Source: Bacteroidota bacterium
Lineage (GTDB): Bacteria; Bacteroidota; Bacteroidia; M30B66
Assembly (NCBI GenBank): GCA_947460255.1
Contig: CANHIS010000004.1
Span: 14,609 to 78,608, forward strand
Length of the DNA: 64,000 nt
Reading direction: 5' to 3'
How positions within the stretch are numbered: position 1 is the stretch's first letter; the number at the start of each line of letters is the position of its first letter. The notes beneath the pieces were generated by a model, which was not told the DNA's origin, did no database searches, and saw only the letters and a list, made by a program, of their open reading frames with translations. Positions 11,229 to 21,800 of the stretch are shown one piece after another. The position numbers and the translations under genes were made by a program.

Positions 11229-13343
11229 ATGAAAATTACACGCATCCTCGCGGGCTTACTCTTCTCCGTTACGGCGGTAGCCCAAACACCGGTACTTACC
11301 CTTAATCAGGTAGGCTCTGGCTTTACGCGCGTTACTACACTCGCCAATGCAGGCGACGACCGCCTCTTTGTTTGCGAAAAAGGAGGTATCATTAAATTCT
11401 TCCGCCCTTATGTTGGGCCTGCTAGTACCACGTTTATGGACATTAACTCGAAGGTCATAAATCCTACTGGCGACTCCGACGAACGCGGCTTATTAGGACT
11501 CACTTTCGATCCAAACTTTGCTACCAACCGCCGTTTCTATGTGAACTACATCAACAATAGCGGAAATACGGTTGTGGCACGTTACACGGCTTCAGAAACT
11601 GATCCAAACGTTGGTGTTGTTGCATCAGAAGAAATCATCCTCACCGTTACACAACCCTTCTCAAACCACAATGGTGGATGTATCCTTTTTGGACCAGATG
11701 GTTACCTGTACATCGGCATGGGTGATGGTGGATCGGGAGGAGATCCTCAAAATTATTCCCAAAATCGTCAAAGCTTGTTGGGTAAAATGCTCCGCATAGA
11801 TGTGAGTGGAAACGGCCCTGGCTGCACCATTCCTGAGAGCAATCCATTCACATTAGCCAACGATCCAAACAACACAACACGTGATGAAATCTGGGCAATT
11901 GGAGTGCGTAACCCTTGGAGATGGAGCTTCGACAGCCAAACTGGCGACATGTGGATTGCAGATGTAGGTCAAAATGAAAAAGAAGAAATTAACTTCCAAC
12001 CGGGCAACAGTGCAGGTGGCGAAAACTACGGATGGAGATGCTACGAAGCTGATTTACCCTACAATACAAATGGCTGCTTAGGACAATCAAACTACGTATT
12101 CCCAATCGTTGGTCTTGCTCACGAACCCGCATGTTCGGTAACTGGTGGATACGTTTATCGCGGAAACCTATATGAAGACGTTTTTGGACGTTACTTCTTC
12201 ACCGACTATTGTGATGGCATCATTCGCAGTACTTTCGCCGATGGACAAGGTGGTTGGACAACCCAATCGCATGGCGCATTCACTCAATTTGCTTACACTA
12301 CTTTCGGCGAAGACGCTTATGGTGAAGTTTACATCGCCCGCCAAAGTGGAATCATTGCACGCTTAACCATTGCCGCTTCAGATCCACGTGCGCCAATTAG
12401 TGTAGATGGTCCAATTGGAATTTGTGAAGGTGGTTCAGCTACGCTTCGCACAGGCTTGAATCCTGATCTCACTTATGTTTGGTACAAAGACAACACAGTT
12501 ATAGCAGGAGCTGACCAAGCCACATATGAAACTACGGAGCCTGGTGTTTACAAGGTGATCACCACATCAGACAACGGTTCTAAAGAGTCGATTGAACTTA
12601 CAATCAACATTCTGCCTGTACCTGCAACCCCAAGTGCAACAATTAGCCAAACCAATATCTGCGAAGATCAAGCATTTGCAATTGCATTGAATGGTACACC
12701 AGCAGGCGGAACTTTCGAAGGCACTGGTGTTGAAGATTCTAACTTCAATCCTTTCAATCTTGGCGCTGGAACTTATCCTGTGTCATATTTTGTTACTGGA
12801 GCAAATGGATGCGAATCAGCGCCATTTGGGTTCAACGTAGTGATCAATCCATTACCAACTGTTAGCCTTTCTGGACTTGATGCTGAGTACTGTCTTGATT
12901 CACCTTTGGCAACTCCAGTTGTTTCGCCTGCAGGTGGAACTTTGAATGGACCGGGTGTAGAAGTGAATGGTTCAACCTTTAATCCGGCATTGGCTGGTGC
13001 TGGGCAACACGTTGTAAGTTACACTTACGCTGATGCGAATGGATGTGCAAATTCAGCAAGTGAATCCATCCTTGTGGATGCTTGTCTATCTGCCGAAAAT
13101 CTCACCTCCAACAACTACAGCATTTCGCCAAATCCTTTCAAGGAAACGTTCCAAATCACATTTAATGATGCAGCAGTAAAGAACATCACAGTGTTCAATG
13201 CGATTGGACAAGCAATCATCACTGAAGCGAATTTCAGTGGCAGCAAATACACTGCTAGCCTCGAAACTCAACCAGCAGGAGTATATTTCCTTGTTGTAGA
13301 GCAGAATGGTAAAACAGGAAGTACGAAATTGATCAAACAATAA
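11229..13343 (+). CDS. PQQ-dependent sugar dehydrogenase (GSDH family) with Ig-like domains and T9SS CTD
   Basis: ERGLLGL, NHNGG...FGPDGYLYIGMGDGG, GVRNPWR and DVGQ motifs; C-terminal SPNPF...GVYFL...KLIKQ. Confidence 0.88.
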   Translation: MKITRILAGLLFSVTAVAQTPVLTLNQVGSGFTRVTTLANAGDDRLFVCEKGGIIKFFRPYVGPASTTFMDINSKVINPTGDSDERGLLGLTFDPNFATNRRFYVNYINNSGNTVVARYTASETDPNVGVVASEEIILTVTQPFSNHNGGCILFGPDGYLYIGMGDGGSGGDPQNYSQNRQSLLGKMLRIDVSGNGPGCTIPESNPFTLANDPNNTTRDEIWAIGVRNPWRWSFDSQTGDMWIADVGQNEKEEINFQPGNSAGGENYGWRCYEADLPYNTNGCLGQSNYVFPIVGLAHEPACSVTGGYVYRGNLYEDVFGRYFFTDYCDGIIRSTFADGQGGWTTQSHGAFTQFAYTTFGEDAYGEVYIARQSGIIARLTIAASDPRAPISVDGPIGICEGGSATLRTGLNPDLTYVWYKDNTVIAGADQATYETTEPGVYKVITTSDNGSKESIELTINILPVPATPSATISQTNICEDQAFAIALNGTPAGGTFEGTGVEDSNFNPFNLGAGTYPVSYFVTGANGCESAPFGFNVVINPLPTVSLSGLDAEYCLDSPLATPVVSPAGGTLNGPGVEVNGSTFNPALAGAGQHVVSYTYADANGCANSASESILVDACLSAENLTSNNYSISPNPFKETFQITFNDAAVKNITVFNAIGQAIITEANFSGSKYTASLETQPAGVYFLVVEQNGKTGSTKLIKQ

Positions 13344-13357
13344 TTTAACCCTTAAAC

Positions 13358-13402
13358 AATTCGGGATTCTGCGTTTTTAATGAACCGGAATCCCGAATTT
13401 TT
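13358..13402 (+). terminator. Hairpin, probable terminator
   Basis: aattcgggattc ... gaatcccgaatt plus a short T-run. Confidence 0.6.
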
Positions 13403-13419
13403 AAAACACCAATCCCCTA

Positions 13420-14286
13420 ATGAAAAAAATTACAAGCTTTTTTGCCCTGTTGCTCGTGAGCGGAATGATCGCTCAAGCACAAATTGAAACTCCACAACCT
13501 AGTCCGATGGCTACTATCAGCCAAAAAGTTGGGTTAAACGAATTTACCGTTGCTTACAGCCGCCCTTCACTTAAAGGACGTAAAGCATTTGGTGATGTAG
13601 TTGCAATGGACAAACTATGGCGTTTCGGAGCCAACATGGCGACCACTTTAAAAAGTACCGATGAGTTTAGCATCCAAGGCAATAAAGTTCCAGCTGGAGA
13701 ATACTCTTTGTTTGCAATTCCTGGTGCAGCAGAATGGACTATCGTGTTGAACAAAACAGCGAAAATGTCGGGAACAAGCAACTACAAAGAAACCGAAGAC
13801 CAATTGCGTTTCAAGGTGAAACCAGAAGCCACACCTTACAAAACAGAAACCTTCACTTTGCAGTTTTCAAACATCAGAGACAACGCAACGACCTTCGAAA
13901 TCCTTTGGGAAAACACCCGTGTTGCTTTCGATTTAAATGTTGAATTCGATGCAAAAGTGATGAAGCAAATCGACGAAACAATGGCAGGACCAAGCGCTGG
14001 TTCATACTACCGTTCGGCGAGCTACTATTTCAATAACAAAAAAGACAACAAAAAAGCATTGGAGTGGGTGAACAAATCGCTCGAAAAAGGTGGCGATAAA
14101 TACTGGATCCTTACTTTGAAAGCTCAGATTCAAGCTGCAAACAACGACTTCAACGGAGCAATCGAAACAGCGAAAAAAGCGATCGAATTGGCTAAAACCG
14201 ACGAAGATGATGCTTATGTAAAATCGAATACTGATCGAATTACTGAATGGACGCCTAAAGCAACTCCAGCTAAAGGGAAAAAATAA
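13420..14286 (+). CDS. DUF2911 family secreted protein with TPR-like C-terminus
   Basis: PQPSP...YSRPS.KGR..FG...WRFGAN pattern; signal peptide. Confidence 0.85.
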   Translation: MKKITSFFALLLVSGMIAQAQIETPQPSPMATISQKVGLNEFTVAYSRPSLKGRKAFGDVVAMDKLWRFGANMATTLKSTDEFSIQGNKVPAGEYSLFAIPGAAEWTIVLNKTAKMSGTSNYKETEDQLRFKVKPEATPYKTETFTLQFSNIRDNATTFEILWENTRVAFDLNVEFDAKVMKQIDETMAGPSAGSYYRSASYYFNNKKDNKKALEWVNKSLEKGGDKYWILTLKAQIQAANNDFNGAIETAKKAIELAKTDEDDAYVKSNTDRITEWTPKATPAKGKK

Positions 14287-14306
14287 TTCCTTCAACCCCA
14301 ATATTG

Positions 14307-14340
14307 AAAATCCTCTGAGCAAACTCAGGGGATTTTTTTT
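14307..14340 (+). terminator. Rho-independent terminator
   Basis: aaaatcctctgag-caaa-ctcaggggattt plus T-run. Confidence 0.85.
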
Positions 14341-14418
14341 GGGCTAATTTCTTCAATTAAACACATTTCGATCATCACTTCGATGCAATCGTTACTTTTG
14401 CGTGTCTACCGAATAACC

Positions 14419-16050
14419 ATGAAAAAGCTCTTCAGTGTAATCGCTGTTTTTGCCATTTTGCAAAACACCACGGCACAATCTTCTCAACGACCAAAACTCG
14501 TAGTTGGCATAGTTGTCGACCAGATGCGCTACGATTACTTACGAAAGTATTGGGATGACTTTGAAAATTCCGGATTCAGAAAACTGGTTCAGCAAGGTTA
14601 TTCGTTTCAGAACGCAGCATACAATTACGTCCCAACCTACACTGGTCCGGGTCATGCGTCGATCTACACTGGAACAACTCCTGCGCGACACGGTATCGTT
14701 TCGAACGATTGGCACAACCGATTCAACGGAAAAGATGTGTATTGTGCAAGCGATTCAACGGTGCAAACTGTTGGTTCATCCACTGTGGAAGTGGGAAAAA
14801 TGTCGCCCCGAAACATGCTCAGCACAACGGTTGGTGATGAACTGAAGATCGCCACCAACAAGCGTTCTAAAGTGATCGGTGTAGCGCTGAAAGACCGTGC
14901 TGCGATTCTTCCCGCAGGGCATATTGCCGATGGCGCATATTGGTTTGATGGCGAATCGGGCAATTTCGTGAGCAGCACCTTCTATATGAAGCAGCTTCCA
15001 GAATGGTTGGTAAAATTCAATGCTGAACAAAAAGCCCAGAAATACCTCGAAAGCACTTGGAATATGTTGCTTCCTGAAGACCGTTACGATGAAAGTTTGG
15101 CAGATCAAAACCCATACGAATCAAGCTTCAAAGGCAAAGATGCGCCGGTGTTTCCATACGATCTGAAAGTGCTCGCACCACTCAACGGGGGTATGAATAT
15201 GATCCGAACCACACCATTCGGCAATAGCCTCACACTCGACATGGCGAAAGCTGCCATCACTGGCGAAAATCTCGGGAAAGACCAATTTACCGATTTGCTG
15301 TGTGTGAGCTTTTCATCTCCCGATTACATCGGACATAAATTCGGTACCGAAGCGCGTGAACTTCAGGATTGCTATTTGCGTCTCGACCGCGATTTAGCCG
15401 AATTGATCCGCTTCGCCGAAGAAACCGCAGGCAAGGGAGAAGTGATCTTTTTCCTCACCGCCGATCATGGTGGAGCAACCGTTCCTGCTTACTTGATGGA
15501 TCTCAGAGCACAAGGCGGATACATGGATTATTCGCCCATGAAAGACTCCGTAAACAACTGGCTAAAAAAGACTTACAAAGCTGAAAATTGGCTACTAACC
15601 ATCACCAACGAGCAATTGTACCTCAACGAAAACTCCATTCAGGCAGCGGGTAACACGGTAGAAGAAATTGAGATTTTCTTGGCGAACAAGTTGATGTATT
15701 ACCCTGGAATTCAGCAAGTTTTAACTGGAACACAACTTCGAAGAGAAGAATTCACCCGCGACATTGGTGCGCTCATCCAACGTGGATATTTCCCGCCTCG
15801 TTCTGGAAATGTGATGCTTGCACTCCAACCCAATTGGATGGAATACAGCCGCACAGGAACCACACACGGCTCTCCTTGGTGCTACGATACACGTGTGCCG
15901 ATGCTTTGGTATGGCTGGAAAATCCAATCTGGCAGCACAACAACAAGTTTTTCAATCGACGATATTGCTCCAAGTTTGAGCATTCTTCTCGATCTTCCTT
16001 TCCCGAATGCTACCACTGGAAAACCAGCCAGTATTCCAATTAAAAACTAA
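14419..16050 (+). CDS. pafA: PafA-type alkaline phosphatase
   Basis: PKLVVGIVVDQMRYDYL, PTYTGPGHA (Thr nucleophile), DYIGHKFG and TADHG motifs; TACTTTTG promoter box at 14393-14400. Confidence 0.88.
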   Translation: MKKLFSVIAVFAILQNTTAQSSQRPKLVVGIVVDQMRYDYLRKYWDDFENSGFRKLVQQGYSFQNAAYNYVPTYTGPGHASIYTGTTPARHGIVSNDWHNRFNGKDVYCASDSTVQTVGSSTVEVGKMSPRNMLSTTVGDELKIATNKRSKVIGVALKDRAAILPAGHIADGAYWFDGESGNFVSSTFYMKQLPEWLVKFNAEQKAQKYLESTWNMLLPEDRYDESLADQNPYESSFKGKDAPVFPYDLKVLAPLNGGMNMIRTTPFGNSLTLDMAKAAITGENLGKDQFTDLLCVSFSSPDYIGHKFGTEARELQDCYLRLDRDLAELIRFAEETAGKGEVIFFLTADHGGATVPAYLMDLRAQGGYMDYSPMKDSVNNWLKKTYKAENWLLTITNEQLYLNENSIQAAGNTVEEIEIFLANKLMYYPGIQQVLTGTQLRREEFTRDIGALIQRGYFPPRSGNVMLALQPNWMEYSRTGTTHGSPWCYDTRVPMLWYGWKIQSGSTTTSFSIDDIAPSLSILLDLPFPNATTGKPASIPIKN

Positions 16051-16052
16051 AC

Positions 16053-17768
16053 ATGGCGCAATTGCACTATCGATTTTCATGGCAACGGGCAAACCGTCAA
16101 ACCATCGACATTACCTTCACCATTCAAAACAACCAAGATGAATCGCTATTGATTCAACTTCCAGCGTGGCGACCAGGTAGATATGAATTAGGGAATTTCG
16201 CAAAGAATTTACGGACGTTCAGCATTGAAAATACCGCTGGTGAAGCCATCCCGTTTCGGAAAATCACCAAAGATTCGTGGCAAGTTGATGCAGGAAAACA
16301 CCAAACCCTGACCGTTCATTATTCATATTACGCAGCCGATCTCAATGCGGGTGCTACTTGGTTAGACGACGAACAACTCTACGTAAATCCGGTAAACTGT
16401 TGCCTCTATTTGCCCAACCGCCGAAACGAACCATGTACAGTTGAGTTGATGATCCCTGCCGATTATCAAATTGCTTGCGATCTTCCACGTGGTAAGCAAA
16501 CCAATATTCTTGAAGCTGATTCGTTTGATCGCCTTGCTGATGCACCTTTCGTGGCTTCAGCCAAATTGCTCCACCACCAATTTGAAGAATCTGGACACCT
16601 GTTCCACCTGTGGTTCATGGGCCGCGTAAATCCACCGTGGGAAAAACTCGAAAACGACTTCAGGCCATTCTGCAAGGCTCAGATTGAAGTGATGGGACCA
16701 CTACCGGGACGTGAATTTCATTTCATCTTCCAGATTTTACCTGTGTTTTACTATCACGGCGTAGAGCACACATATTCAACAGTTTGCGCGCTTGGGCCTG
16801 ATCATCTTGTATTCACAGGAACCTATTACGACAACCTTTTGGGAGTAAGTTCGCATGAGCTCTTCCATGCTTGGAACGTAAAAACGATGCGGCCTGTAGA
16901 AATGCATCCGTACGACTACACCCGCGAGAATTACAGTCGACTTGGCTGGATTTACGAAGGTATCACAACCTACTACGGCGACCAGTTTTTGATTCGTTCG
17001 GGTTCATTTAACGAGAAGCAATATTTCGACACGCTTCACGAAAAAATGCAGCGTCACTTTGCTTCTTATGGACGTCTAAATCAAGCAGTTACCGATGCAA
17101 GTTTCGATACTTGGCTCGATGGGTATGTGCCTGGCATTCCGCACAGAAAAACCTCTATTTACACAGAGGGAAGTTTGATTGCACTCATTCTAGACATGAA
17201 AATCCGCGAGCACAGTAACGATCGCCTTAGTCTCGATCAGTTCATTCGCAACTTGCTCGACAAACATGCCGCCTACACAAAAGCCGATATAATCAAGGAA
17301 TTGCGCGAATTAGGCGTTGCCGATGCGGCCGAATTTTATGCGAACTTCATCGAAAAGCCAGGCAATCTCGAGCCGTTACTTCAATGGGCCTTTGCGCGCG
17401 TGGGCATGAAAATGGAACACCATCAGCACCTTACTGAAGTAGAACATCGTTTTGGTTTCCAGCAAGTGGAAGTTGGCACTGCGTTGAGTTTCGGGTTAAT
17501 CGCTCCGAATTCTCCTGCCGAAAAAGCTGGTTTGCGCATGGGCGACATTTTAGTAGCGGTGGAAGGAATTAAAGCCACCAAAAATCTTACTGCCCAAATT
17601 GGAGAGAAAACCAGCATTAAATTCCATGTGTTCTCCTCCGAAAAACTCAAAGAAATCGAGCTTCAGTCGGGCAGCGAAAAGTACTTCGAATCGCGTCAGC
17701 TAACAATCGATCCACAAGCAAGCGAAACTGCTGTGGCGGCCCGAAAAAGCTGGGCGGTAAATCTTTGA
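16053..17768 (+). CDS. M61 family metallopeptidase with PDZ domain
   Basis: PAWRPGRY, GVEH, HELFHAWNVK and WIYEGITTYY motifs; PDZ-like SPAEKAGLRMGD. Confidence 0.88.
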   Translation: MAQLHYRFSWQRANRQTIDITFTIQNNQDESLLIQLPAWRPGRYELGNFAKNLRTFSIENTAGEAIPFRKITKDSWQVDAGKHQTLTVHYSYYAADLNAGATWLDDEQLYVNPVNCCLYLPNRRNEPCTVELMIPADYQIACDLPRGKQTNILEADSFDRLADAPFVASAKLLHHQFEESGHLFHLWFMGRVNPPWEKLENDFRPFCKAQIEVMGPLPGREFHFIFQILPVFYYHGVEHTYSTVCALGPDHLVFTGTYYDNLLGVSSHELFHAWNVKTMRPVEMHPYDYTRENYSRLGWIYEGITTYYGDQFLIRSGSFNEKQYFDTLHEKMQRHFASYGRLNQAVTDASFDTWLDGYVPGIPHRKTSIYTEGSLIALILDMKIREHSNDRLSLDQFIRNLLDKHAAYTKADIIKELRELGVADAAEFYANFIEKPGNLEPLLQWAFARVGMKMEHHQHLTEVEHRFGFQQVEVGTALSFGLIAPNSPAEKAGLRMGDILVAVEGIKATKNLTAQIGEKTSIKFHVFSSEKLKEIELQSGSEKYFESRQLTIDPQASETAVAARKSWAVNL

Positions 17769-17803
17769 TCCTTCTGTTAACTTTGCACCAACGGAATCAA
17801 CCT

Positions 17804-18808
17804 ATGGAAATTTATCTCGACTCAACAAACCTAGCGGAAATCAACGAAGCCGCCGAATCGATGTTATGCAGCGGTATCAACGCACGCTTGGCATCCATCC
17901 GCGACCTTAGCGAAGATTCTGAACGATTGGCCAACACCATCAGCAGTTTATTTCCATTCACACATGTGGAAGCTTTAGGAGAATTGGCCCATGAAATAAG
18001 TCATGAAGCCCATCGTATGGTGCATGAAGGTTTAGATACCGAGTTGGTGGTATTTCGTTTTCCAGCCACCTTCGAAGGCATTTTAGCCTGTAAAAAACTC
18101 ACCAGCTTGGGCATGCAAGTGCACCTTGAACTGATCGGAAACCTCCAACAAGCATGGATGGCCATGGAAGCCGGAGCCACCTGGATCAGTATTCCAATTG
18201 GCAGTTTGCAAGAGCAAGGTCTCGACCCAATGTCCATGGCGGCCGAGTGTATCAACATGGCAGAAATACATGCTTACCCTACAAAGGTGATGTTGGTTTC
18301 AGTGCAACACAATGAACATATCCGCAGCGCCATTGAAATTGGTGCACACGCCGTTTCTGCACCTTGGAAACTGATCAAATCGGCAGCAGAAAGCAGCTGG
18401 TCGGCAACAGGAGCGCGCAAACTGCTTGATCATTCGCGCATGATGACACTTCGGGTAAAAGACGTACTTCGAAAAACCAATCCAACCATCCGCATCCACC
18501 AAACCATTGTAGAAGCGGTAGTCGAAATGAGCCGCGGTGGCATGGGCGCTGTTGCCATTCTAGAAGCCGATGGTAAGATTGCAGGAGTATTTACAGATGG
18601 CGATTTACGTCGTCAGCTCGAAAGCCGCGGCAAAGATGTTTTGTCGATCCAGCTATCTGAATTGCCTTTGAAACTCCCAGTAACAATCAATTCCAACGCA
18701 TTCCTTTTGGAGGCTGCAAAGATTTTCAAGGATCGAAAAATCGATAATATTCTTGTAACGGAGAACGACCAGTTGTTGGGCATGCTCGACATTCAAGACA
18801 TCAATTAA
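17804..18808 (+). CDS. Transaldolase/FSA-like barrel fused to a CBS pair; catalytic residues degenerate
   Basis: MEIYLDSTNL start and AGATWIS motif of the TalC/FSA family; C-terminal GVFTDGDLRR CBS pair; TAACTTTG promoter box at 17778-17785. Confidence 0.75.
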   Translation: MEIYLDSTNLAEINEAAESMLCSGINARLASIRDLSEDSERLANTISSLFPFTHVEALGELAHEISHEAHRMVHEGLDTELVVFRFPATFEGILACKKLTSLGMQVHLELIGNLQQAWMAMEAGATWISIPIGSLQEQGLDPMSMAAECINMAEIHAYPTKVMLVSVQHNEHIRSAIEIGAHAVSAPWKLIKSAAESSWSATGARKLLDHSRMMTLRVKDVLRKTNPTIRIHQTIVEAVVEMSRGGMGAVAILEADGKIAGVFTDGDLRRQLESRGKDVLSIQLSELPLKLPVTINSNAFLLEAAKIFKDRKIDNILVTENDQLLGMLDIQDIN

Positions 18809-18826
18809 TTTCAAAAGAATTCCAAT

Positions 18827-18865
18827 AAAAAAGGGAGCGCCGTATTGAATCGGCGCTCCCTTTTT
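18827..18865. terminator. Bidirectional terminator
   Basis: aaaaaagggagcgccg-tattgaat-cggcgctcccttttt between convergent genes. Confidence 0.9.
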
Positions 18866-18889
18866 AGTTTTTACAAACCATCAATTTGG

Positions 18890-21800
18890 TTATTTAACAG
18901 CAGGCTTGTATCGCTTTGCGTACTCTGTGAATTCCTCCTTGCTGAGTTCTATATTTCCTTTTCCATCACCGAAATTGATGTAAGCCCATTTCGTTGGAGT
19001 TTGCACTGCAGGATCTAGGGTTTTCAGTGTCACGTTTTCGTCTTTCACGCCTGCTTTGTCCATTTCGGCGATCTTTTCCTTCACGCGTGTAGCTACAGAT
19101 TTCGACTCCTGACGTGCTTTTTCGGTTGCTTCGGCTTTGGCTTTGGCATCAGCATCTGCTTTGGCTTTGTCTTCACCTGCCTTAGCAATCGATTCTAAAC
19201 GAGCCTTTTCGGTGGCATCTGCCTTGGCTTTTGCATCTGCATCTGCTTTGGCTTTATCAGCCGCAGCTTTCGCAATGGCTTCCTGACGGGCTTTTTCCTC
19301 AGCTTCTCGTTTTGCCTTGTCGGCGGCTTCCTTGGCTACGCGATCAGCCTCAACTTTGGCAATGGTTTCTTGTCGGGCTTTTTCGGCTGCGTCGGCCTTG
19401 GCTTTCGCGTCTGCTTCAGCTTTAGCTTTGTCGGCAGCAGCTTTAGCGACTGCTTCTTGACGGGCTTTTTCAACTGACTCAGATTTCGCTTTGGCTTCAG
19501 CCTCGGCTTTTGCTTTTGCTGCCGCTTCGGCTTCCTTCCTTGCTTTTTCGTCGTAAGCCTTGCGTTCAGCCTCTTTGGCATCGGCTTCCATCTTTAAAAC
19601 CCTTGCTTGTTCGGCGGCAGCTTTGTCGATTCGTGCTTGTTCTTCAGCGGCTTTTCTTGCTTTCTCTGCTTCTGCTTTGGCTTTCGCATCTGCTTCAGCT
19701 TTAGCCTTAGCAGCAGCTTCTGCAGCAGCTTTTTCTTCTTCAAGTTTCTTTTGCAGTGCTGCTTCTTCAGCTTCTTTCTTAGCCTTGTCGGCAGCCGCTT
19801 TTTCTGCTATCGCTTTCGCTTCTGCTTCCGCCTTTGCCTTGGCTTCTGCCTCAGCTTTGGCTTTTTCAGCAGCAGCTTTTGCTATGGCTTCCTGACGAGC
19901 CTTTTCTTCAGCATCACGACGGGCTTTTTCTTCGGCTTCCGCCTTTGCTTTTTCAGCAGCAGCTTTAGCAACAGCTTCTAAACGCGCTTTTTCTTCGGCG
20001 TCACGGCGAGCTTTTTCTTCGGCTTCTTTTGCTAAGCGCTCTGCTTCTGCTTTTGCACGGGCCTCAGCAGCAGTTTTGGCTTCGGCTTCCACCTTTGCCC
20101 TTAATTCTGCATCAGCCTTTGCCTTTTCGGCGGCTGCTAGAGCTATTGCTTCCTGACGCGCCTTTTCATCAGCTTCACGTTTTGCCTTATCTGCAGCTTC
20201 TTTGGCGATACGATCAGCTTCTGCTTTGGCGATAGCTTCTTGACGGATTTTTTCTTCAGCATCACGCTTGGCTTTGTCGGCAGCCTCTTTGGCTAAACGA
20301 TCAGCTTCTGCTTTGGCAGCCGCTTCTTTACGTAAGCGTTCATCCTCATCCTTACGGGCTTTATCGGCAGCTTCTTTGGCTAAACGATCGGCTTCAGCTT
20401 TTGCGAGAGCTTCTTGACGGGCTTTTTCTTCGGCATCGCGCTTGGCTTTGTCGGCAGCTTCTTTCTCTGCTTGGGCTTTAGCTAATGCCTCAATACGAGC
20501 CTTTTCTTCGGCATCGCGACGTGCTTTTTCTTCAGCATCTGCCTTTGCTTTCTCTGCAGCAGCTTTGGCGACAGCTTCTTGTCGGGCTTTTTCTTCAGCA
20601 TCGCGACGGGCTTTCTCCTCAGCATCTGCCTTGGCTTTATCAGCGGCAGCTTTGGCGACAGCTTCTTGGCGTGCTTTTTCTTCAGCATCACGTTTGGCCT
20701 TATCCGCGGCTGCTTGGGCTAAACGATCGGCTTCAGCTTTGGCAAGTGCTTCTTGACGAGCCTTTTCGTCTGCTTCTTTTTTCGCTTTATCAGCAGCTTC
20801 TTTTTCCGCTTGAGCTTTTGCAAGCGCTTCTTGGCGAGCTTTTTCTTCTGCTTCACGACGGGCTTTCTCCTCAGCATCAGCCTTGGCTTTTTCAGCGGCA
20901 GCTTTGGCAACAGCCTCTTGTCGAGCTTTCTCTTCGGCTTCGCGTCGCGCCTTTTCTTCAGCATCTGCTTTAGCTTTCTCGGCTGCGGCTTTGGCGACAG
21001 CTTCCTGCCGCGCCTTCTCTTCAGCCTCCATTCGTGCCTTTTCAGCTGCTTCTTTGGCTAAACGATCCGTTTCAGCTTTGGCAAGTGCTTCCTGACGAGC
21101 CTTTTCATCGGCTTCACGTTTTGCTTTGTCGGCAGCTTCCTTTTCTGCCTGGGCCTTTGCAAGTGCTTCTTGACGAGCTTTCTCTTCAGCTTCACGACGG
21201 GCTTTCTCCTCAGCATCGGCCTTGGCTTTATCGGCAGCTACCTTTGCTAAGGATTCTTGGCGAGCCTTTTCATCAGCTTCGCGTTTTGCTTTATCGGCAG
21301 CTTCTTTGGCAATTCTTTCGGCTTCAGCTTTTGCTAATGCTTCTTGACGTGCTTTTTCTTCAGCATCTCGCTTGGCTTTGTCGGCCGCTTCTTGGGCAAT
21401 ACGGTCGGCTTCAGCTTTAGCCAATGCTTCAAGTCTTGCCTTTTCAATAGCTTCAGCTTTTGCTCGTTCAGCCGCATCACGCTCGGCTTGAGCTTTGGCA
21501 AATGCTTCTTGTCGTGCTTTTTCTTCTGCGTCGCGCTTTGCCTTTTCTTGAGCTTCTTTGGCCAATCTTTCAGCCTCGGCTTTTGCAATGGCTTCCTGAC
21601 GCGCCTTTTCTTCTGCGTCTCGCTTGGCTTTGTCGGCCGCTTCTTGCGCCAATCTATCAGCTTCTGCTTTTGCAAGTGCCTCTTTTCGAGCAAGATCTTC
21701 AGCTTCTTTCTTGGCCTTTTCGGCAGCTTCTTTGGCTAAGCGGTCGGCCTCTGCTTTGGCTTGCGCTTCTGCACGTGCTTTTGCATCTGCATCTTTTTTG

